Part shown: one piece after another, positions 58,498 through 64,000 of the stretch
Layout of the letters: the number at the start of each line of letters is the position of its first letter
How positions within the stretch are numbered: position 1 is the first letter of the stretch
DNA from: Blastocatellia bacterium
Lineage (GTDB): Bacteria; Acidobacteriota; Blastocatellia; HR10; J050
Length of the DNA stretch: 64,000 nucleotides
Direction: 5' to 3'
Assembly: GCA_025054955.1 (NCBI GenBank)
Contig: JANWZE010000152.1
Coordinates: forward strand, 70,419 to 134,418
Notes under the pieces: generated by a model
Database searches by the model: none
Told to the model about the DNA's origin: nothing
Seen by the model: the letters and a program-made list of their open reading frames with translations, nothing else
Program-made: the position numbers and the translations under genes

Positions 58498-59178
58498 ATG
58501 CGGCTCACGCTTAAAGGACGACTCATCATAGCCCTGCTTCTGTTGTTACTTGTCGGCGGCGGTGGCATCTATTTGTACAGCCGGCTGACCGGTCTCACGC
58601 TCAGTCAAATATGGGAGCGTTGGACGGCGCCGTCAGCGGAAGAGATCGTTCAACAAGGGTCTGTGGAGTCCAGCGATACGTCCATCGAGGCGCAGTTGTA
58701 CAAAGCATTATTCAGTCAAGCAGACTTGCGCCGACAGAACGTCACAACGGTCGTCTCCGGCGGCGTCGTGACGTTTTCCGGTGAGGTTGAGTCGGCAGAG
58801 CTGAAAGCAGCATTAGACCGGCTCGGCCAGCAAATTCCCGGTGTCAAGCAAGTCGTCAACAACACGACGGTGAAATCACCCTCAGCGACTTCGAGCACGC
58901 CGCCGGCCACCCCGCTGCCGAGCGCGACGACGCTTGTGGATGCCGATGAGCAACTGGCTAAGCAGGTCGAGTTCGCGCTCTATCGAACGGACGCATTCGA
59001 GTTGAAATATATGGTTGTGACCTCGCGGGGCGGTCGCATCCGATTGTCCGGCAGCGTGCGCAGCATCGCTGAGAAGCTGTTGGCCGAGCGTGTCGCCAGA
59101 GAGGTAAAAGGCGTTACCGACGTGGTCAACGAGTTGACAATCGAGGTCTCGCCTCAACAGGGCGAGCGACGTGATTGA
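58498..59178 (+). CDS. Membrane-anchored protein with two BON domains
   Basis: N-terminal TM helix, then two BON-like units (..VVSGGVVTFSGEVESAELKAA..IPGVKQVVNN.. and ..TSRGGRIRLSGSVRSIAEKLLAE..VKGVTDVVNEL). Confidence 0.82.
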   Translation: MRLTLKGRLIIALLLLLLVGGGGIYLYSRLTGLTLSQIWERWTAPSAEEIVQQGSVESSDTSIEAQLYKALFSQADLRRQNVTTVVSGGVVTFSGEVESAELKAALDRLGQQIPGVKQVVNNTTVKSPSATSSTPPATPLPSATTLVDADEQLAKQVEFALYRTDAFELKYMVVTSRGGRIRLSGSVRSIAEKLLAERVAREVKGVTDVVNELTIEVSPQQGERRD

Positions 59179-59202
59179 CATTTGAATCGAAATTCGTATC
59201 AT
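59175..59202 (+). promoter_or_regulatory. Sigma-70-type promoter candidate: TTGACA-N16-TATCAT
   Basis: ttgaca at 59175-59180 overlaps the BON gene stop. tatcat is at 59197-59202, 68 nt upstream of the kinase ATG. Confidence 0.5.
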
Positions 59203-59269
59203 AGGGTCTCGCGGTTAGGGTAGGCCAAGCTCGGGGTCTCCGGAAGGTTGTTATCGGTGGTAGACGGTC

Positions 59270-61720
59270 ATGACCGAGGCGAATCGAGAGCCGACGACAC
59301 CCTTAGATGCCCACAAGCCAAACCATGAACCGACCGAAGTCCGCCACATTGATCACTCGGAAATGACATATCGCGGTTTTTTTGAAAACGCTAGCGAAGG
59401 CTTCTTTCAAAGCACCCCAGAAGGTCGGTTCCTCATGGTGAACCCAGCCCTGGTGAAAATGTTGGGGTACGACAATGTCCAAGAAGTGTTGGCGTTGGAT
59501 ATTGCTCGCCATTTGTGGGTGGACAGCGCGGCACGCGAAGAATACAAACGGATCATGGAACGAGAGGGGCGTGTCTCGAAGTTCGAGATCGCGCTCAAGA
59601 AACGTGATGGCAGTACGATCATCGTCAGAGAGAGCGCGCGCGCGATCAAGGACCAATCAGGCCGCGTGATCTGTCATGAAGGCATTCTCGAAGACGTTAC
59701 CGACCAAAAGCGCGCTGAGGAGGAGTTGCGTCAACGTCATCGTGAGCTGATGACGCTATATGCCATTGCGCAGGGCATGAATCGCGATCCCAGCGTCAAG
59801 AGTATTCTTCATAACACATTGTTCGAGTTGACGCGTGTGCTGAATGTGCCGTTTGGTTGCGTTTACCTCAGGGGTGATGACGTCCTGGAGCTGCGTTCAT
59901 ATCAAGGCGTCGGGGCGGACCCATTGATCTTGCCGAGCCGTTTAGCGCTAGCTGAACACCCGTGGTTGGAAAACATGACGGTTGTACATAGACCACAAGG
60001 CGCACGCAACAACGTTGTGTGGGCCCAAGTGCCTGGCGTGCACACATGGGTTTCCATGCCACTCTATTCGAAGAACGATTTGATCGGCGTCCTTCAACTA
60101 GCGAGCGTTGAGCCAGATTGTTTCACTAGTGCCAATATCTCGCTGATTGTCGCTGTGACCAATCAGTTGGTCATCATGTTGGAGAATGCTCGGCTCTACG
60201 ATCAGATCAAAGAGTCTGAACGGAAGTACCGTTCGATCTTTAATAACGTCAGCGTTGGGTTGTATCAAACGACACCAGACGGGCGCATCCTCACGGCCAA
60301 TCCAGCATTGGTTCGATTGCTGGGATATGAATCGGTCGAAGAATTACTGGCTGCCGATGTGCGACAAGACATCTACGTTGACCCTGCCGATCGCGAGAAG
60401 GCGCTCCAGGTGCTTCAACAGCAGGGGCAATATGACAGCGTTGAGCTTCACCTGCGACGCAAAGACGGTCGGCAGATTACTGTGTTGGATACCGCGCGAA
60501 CGGTCCGCGACGCCCACGGGAATGTGCTGTACTTTGAGGGCATGCTGATGGATATAACCGAAAAGAAGGTGCTGGAACAACAACTGCTTCAGGCCCAGAA
60601 AATGGAATCTATTGGCACACTGACCGGCGGCATCGCTCATGAGTTCAACAATCTGCTGACCGGCATTCTGGGGTATGCTTCGTTGTTATTGCAGCAAACC
60701 GATCCGCAGGATCGCGCATACAGCCAATTGCAGGTTATTCAGCAATCAGCTCGTCGGGGTGCCCAGTTGACTGAGCAGATGCTGACATTCAGCCGACAAT
60801 CGGTCGCGCAATTTCAGCCAACGGACATGAATGACGTTGTGCGGGATATGCTCACGCTGATCCGGCCGATGATGGATGCGAGCATTGAGATTCATCTGCA
60901 GTTGCACGCCAATCCCAGTCTTGTGCGGGCCGACGCAGGCCAGCTCCAGCAAGTGCTGGTTGCGTTGTGTGTCAATGCGCGTGATGCAATGCCGGCTGGC
61001 GGGAGCATCACCATCGAGACATTCACCGCACACATGGGAGAAGCTGAGGCGCGCGCGCATGCTGATGCCTATCCGGGCCAGTTTGTCGTCACACGGATCA
61101 GTGATACAGGCATTGGCATTGCGCCAGAGCACCTGCCGCGTATCTTCGACCCGTTCTTCACGACCAAAGAAGTACATCAGGGAACAGGGCTTGGGCTCTC
61201 CGTCGCTTATGGCATTATCAAGAGCCACAACGGATTCATCGTGGTTCAAAGCCAAGTTGGTGAAGGAACCCAGTTCAGCATTTATTTGCCTCTGTTGCAG
61301 CAGGACGTCCGCGAATCAATGGCTAAGCCAGAAGATCAAGTTGCTCAACGGGCGGCGACTATTCTGGTTGTTGACGATGAACCAATTGTACGAGATTTAG
61401 CCAAAGCCATTTTAGAACGAGAGCGTTTTCGCGTGCTGACCGCCGATAGCGGCGCCGAAGCATTGACCATCTACCAGCAGCACCATCCAGACGTAGACCT
61501 TGTGTTGTTGGACCTCACCATGCCGAAAATGAGCGGACGAGCCTGCCTCCAACAGTTACGTCAACTCAACCCTGATGTCAGGGTCTTACTCAGCAGCGGT
61601 TATAGTGGCGATGAGCGCCTGCAAGACTTGCTGACAGTCCCAACGGTTGGATTCATTCGTAAGCCCTACTTAGCCGTTGACCTGGCTGATGCAGTGCGTC
61701 GGATGCTGGCAAAATCCTAA
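59270..61720 (+). CDS. Hybrid sensor histidine kinase (PAS-GAF-PAS-HisKA-HATPase_c-REC)
   Basis: H-box is GGIAHEFNNLL. The ATPase G-boxes are DTGIGI and GTGLGLSV. The C-terminal receiver has VVDDEP..LLDLTMPKMSG. Confidence 0.92.
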   Translation: MTEANREPTTPLDAHKPNHEPTEVRHIDHSEMTYRGFFENASEGFFQSTPEGRFLMVNPALVKMLGYDNVQEVLALDIARHLWVDSAAREEYKRIMEREGRVSKFEIALKKRDGSTIIVRESARAIKDQSGRVICHEGILEDVTDQKRAEEELRQRHRELMTLYAIAQGMNRDPSVKSILHNTLFELTRVLNVPFGCVYLRGDDVLELRSYQGVGADPLILPSRLALAEHPWLENMTVVHRPQGARNNVVWAQVPGVHTWVSMPLYSKNDLIGVLQLASVEPDCFTSANISLIVAVTNQLVIMLENARLYDQIKESERKYRSIFNNVSVGLYQTTPDGRILTANPALVRLLGYESVEELLAADVRQDIYVDPADREKALQVLQQQGQYDSVELHLRRKDGRQITVLDTARTVRDAHGNVLYFEGMLMDITEKKVLEQQLLQAQKMESIGTLTGGIAHEFNNLLTGILGYASLLLQQTDPQDRAYSQLQVIQQSARRGAQLTEQMLTFSRQSVAQFQPTDMNDVVRDMLTLIRPMMDASIEIHLQLHANPSLVRADAGQLQQVLVALCVNARDAMPAGGSITIETFTAHMGEAEARAHADAYPGQFVVTRISDTGIGIAPEHLPRIFDPFFTTKEVHQGTGLGLSVAYGIIKSHNGFIVVQSQVGEGTQFSIYLPLLQQDVRESMAKPEDQVAQRAATILVVDDEPIVRDLAKAILERERFRVLTADSGAEALTIYQQHHPDVDLVLLDLTMPKMSGRACLQQLRQLNPDVRVLLSSGYSGDERLQDLLTVPTVGFIRKPYLAVDLADAVRRMLAKS

Positions 61721-62042
61721 GCATTCTTCCATTGCTGTCATTACGTGATCAGAAGCTACCTGACTTTGCCTGGGCCGAATGAACTTCACGGCCACGATCT
61801 TCGAACTTTGCAAACGTGCAACGCATAATCCACTGTTGAAACAAAAACCTACTTCAGCTTGGAGAAAACCGCGTGTGTTGGCCATTTTTAAGCATCCGAG
61901 CGTTGCTGACATAAAATTTTTCTAGCCATTTCTGTCGAATTTTGGTATTCTAAAACTGCACCGACGTTGAGACTGTTCCCCAGGCTAATTCGGGAGTGCG
62001 AGCTCCATCAGACATCGAGCTTCGCATATTGGTGGAGGGTTC

Positions 62043-62219
62043 ATGAAAGACCTTTTAATAACAACAATCAGGCTGTTGAGCGACGATGATGGTCAAGGAT
62101 TGATGGAATATGGGTTGGTGACCATCTTGATCGCCATCGTGGCTATCAGCGCGCTTCAATCATTAGGGATCGAGATATTCAATTTATTGGATAGCGTGAT
62201 CCCACTGCCAGGCCCGTAG
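62043..62219 (+). CDS. flp: Flp-family type IVb (Tad) pilin, 58 aa; below the ORF-track length cutoff
   Basis: Hand translation gives MKDLLITTIRLLSDDDGQGLMEYGLVTILIAIVAISALQSLGIEIFNLLDSVIPLPGP. It carries the Flp motif G-x4-EYGL followed by a hydrophobic helix. GGAGGG lies 5 nt upstream. Confidence 0.8.
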   Translation: MKDLLITTIRLLSDDDGQGLMEYGLVTILIAIVAISALQSLGIEIFNLLDSVIPLPGP

Positions 62220-62757
62220 CAAATGTCAATCAGCGTGCCCGATTCTAGATGCTGGTGAATCGGAGGAGGGGACGGGGGCCGTTGAACGAGTTCAGCCGAC
62301 CTGTAAAAACAACAACAACGGTCGGCGTGGAAAAGGAGAAGTCTTTCCTCACTTTGTTTCAATCCCGAATCAACTGTTGCAACAATGAGACCTCACACGC
62401 GGTGTATGCCATGAGGTCCGGTGCGTCGAGCTGAGCGAGCGACGAACAGTGGCAGCGGCAGCCGCCCACACGATGGTAGCTAGACGTGCAACGTCTGGAA
62501 AGAAGTGAATTGTTAACATTCGCGCCTTGAAGAGGCGCCACGCGTTTCTCGATCAACTCGTTCACGTTCTTCAATGTGTTGCCACAAACGCGCACTGGTC
62601 TAATGCGCCACTCTGGCTTCGCTCTGCTGATCCATACGTTGCACGTCGGACTACCTCCACTGTGGCGTCTGCCGACACCTGCCAGATGATCGGCCGCCAA
62701 TCCCCAACGTTCGTGCTGCGTAGTATGGATTGAAGCATCACGATGCCGGTTACATTC

Positions 62758-62820
62758 TTCAGCGTCCGTTGGCTTGACTTCGATTAAGTTCAGCGTCGGC
62801 TGGCTTGACTTCGGTTAGAG
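62758..62820. repeat. 31-bp tandem repeat, two copies
   Basis: ttcagcgtccgttggcttgacttcgattaag at 62758-62788 and ttcagcgtcggctggcttgacttcggttagag at 62789-62820. Each contains TTGACT. Confidence 0.85.
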
Positions 62821-62833
62821 CTTCTCTCATACT
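62804..62833 (+). promoter_or_regulatory. Sigma-70-type promoter candidate: TTGACT-N18-CATACT
   Basis: The -35 lies in repeat copy 2 (62804-62809). The -10 is at 62828-62833, 57 nt upstream of the kinase ATG at 62890. Confidence 0.3.
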
Positions 62834-62889
62834 ACGCCTGGGTCTACAAAGCTGATCGAAGTGCAGAGATGAAGCGTGGTTGACTCTCC

Positions 62890-64000
62890 ATGACGGTTCT
62901 GATGACACCAGAGACAGAGGTCAATGACGTTTATCGTTTAATCGTAGAACGATCTCCAGATGTGATTATGATCATCCAGCACGAGCAGCCCTGCTATTGT
63001 AATCTGGCTGCGACAACCATTCTTGGTTACACGCCAGAGGAACTTCACGGCTTGCCGATAAGCCGTCTGCTGGCTCCTGACCAGCCGCAGGCGCTCGCCA
63101 ACATCAACAAGCTGCTGAAGGGTTCGTTGGATTCCTTTCAAGCGAGCGTCAACTTTATTCATAAGAATGGTCAAATGATCTCGTTGCACACCGTTTGTGC
63201 GCCACTGACTTACAACGGGGCAGCGGCTGTTTTGTTGGCTGGACGGGCTATGAAGGAACAACAACAGGAGCAAGCCCACTTGATTCAAAGCGCCAAGGCA
63301 GCGGCCATTGCCCGTTTTGTGTCGGCGCTTGCTCATGAGTTGAACAATCCGCTCACGGTGATTGTTGGCTTCTCGGAGATACTGCTTTCGCATCTGACCC
63401 TTGATGAGCAGGATCAATCAGACCTGCAGATGATCGCCAGCGAAGCTAACCGTGCGCGCCGTATGATTCATGATGTCTTGGCTCTTTCCCGCAATCAGGC
63501 GCCGCGAAAACAAATTGTTGATTTGAATGCGTTGGTCATGACGACGCTGGAGGGGCAGCGCGAGGCCTTACGCGCTTGTGGCATAGAGGTCGTGGTTGAG
63601 CTGGCCGCTGACTTGCCTACGATCATGGCGGATGCTGCGCAATTGGAAGAGATGTTGACCCATCTTTTAACCTGGTTCCGCAAACCGCTGGGCAGGGACA
63701 CCACCGGCGGGCGGCTTCGCCTGCGTACATGCCTGAAACAGCCGCATGGGCAGTTTGTGCAAGTGCTGCTGGTGGATCACCGTTCCGGTCGGTATTCTGG
63801 CGATCTGAATCAGTTCTTCGAGCCTGTCTACAGAACGCGCGAGGAAGATAAAGGATTAGGCCTGGCGCTCGCCTATAACGTGATTCGCCAACATGGCGGG
63901 ACAGCCCGCCTGGCGTATCAGCCTGATGGTGGACTGACCTTGACCATCGAATTGCCGGTGAATGAATCAGCCGCGCTCAGCGGCCTGGCCGAGGCATCAG
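62890..64000 (+). CDS. PAS-domain sensor histidine kinase; the 3' end lies outside the window
   Basis: The frame is open from the ATG at 62890 to the window end, so it is absent from the ORF track. Hand translation gives MTVLMTPETEV..PAS..FVSALAHELNNPL (H-box)..DKGLGLALAYNVIRQHGG (G2 box). Confidence 0.88.
   Translation, partial: MTVLMTPETEVNDVYRLIVERSPDVIMIIQHEQPCYCNLAATTILGYTPEELHGLPISRLLAPDQPQALANINKLLKGSLDSFQASVNFIHKNGQMISLHTVCAPLTYNGAAAVLLAGRAMKEQQQEQAHLIQSAKAAAIARFVSALAHELNNPLTVIVGFSEILLSHLTLDEQDQSDLQMIASEANRARRMIHDVLALSRNQAPRKQIVDLNALVMTTLEGQREALRACGIEVVVELAADLPTIMADAAQLEEMLTHLLTWFRKPLGRDTTGGRLRLRTCLKQPHGQFVQVLLVDHRSGRYSGDLNQFFEPVYRTREEDKGLGLALAYNVIRQHGGTARLAYQPDGGLTLTIELPVNESAALSGLAEAS

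Noticed and set aside
61879-61894. A sigma-54-like sequence, TGGCCATTTTTAAGCA, with correct GG-N10-GC spacing about 150 nt upstream of flp.
   Set aside because: The -12 element reads AAGC instead of TTGC, so the conserved T is lacking, and the -24 element is TGGCC. A single weak match cannot be distinguished from chance without experimental data or a PWM scan.
62359-62700. A 113-aa minus-strand ORF downstream of flp. A 57-aa alternative frame starts at 62737.
   Set aside because: It has no Shine-Dalgarno sequence, several rare AGA codons, a Cys/Arg/Ser-rich composition and no recognisable domain. I treat it as non-coding unless conservation or expression data say otherwise.

Overview
This is a 64-kb stretch of a moderately GC-rich bacterial chromosome. 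It is densely coding, with about 55 protein genes. I saw no rRNA, tRNA, CRISPR array, transposase or prophage genes. The gene content is reminiscent of Acidobacteriota: a TonB-dependent receptor with an N-terminal CarboxypepD_reg domain, a long cyanobacterial-type IspH, two ECF sigma modules, a sigma-54 activator and an Flp pilin. I cannot verify taxonomy without a search.

Most of the window is housekeeping:
- An Fe-S biogenesis island at 1-6.6 kb.
- A LonC-like protease and mscL.
- Glycerate kinase and pyruvate kinase.
- rpsA and pyrC.
- A kynurenine-pathway operon.
- A MacAB-like efflux system.
- ispH.
- Two PAS histidine kinases.

Three real genes are missing from the supplied ORF track:
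- The two edge-truncated genes at 1-1550(-) and 62890-64000(+).
- A 58-aa Flp pilin at 62043-62219(+).

The most interesting items are:
- A minus-strand operon at 13.2-17.9 kb. It couples a Ras/Rab-like GTPase to a transmembrane protein with Roadblock-like and OmpA domains, a paralogous coiled-coil protein and a receiver-less sigma-54 activator.
- An uncharacterised CCAEP-tail B12/radical-SAM protein, with DUF971 and DUF169 proteins, embedded between three Fe-S carrier genes.
- A high density of short tandem duplications with periods of about 57-79 bp at gene boundaries. Five of them copy the stop-codon end of a CDS into its own 3' flank.
- A roughly 136-nt intercistronic hairpin that is rich in G:U pairs and occupies the whole glycerate kinase / pyruvate kinase spacer.
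- An ECF sigma module with an SRPBCC partner and a secreted protein carrying a 13-Cys C-terminal tail.

All functional calls come from reading the translated ORFs against remembered family signatures. None has been checked by a database search.
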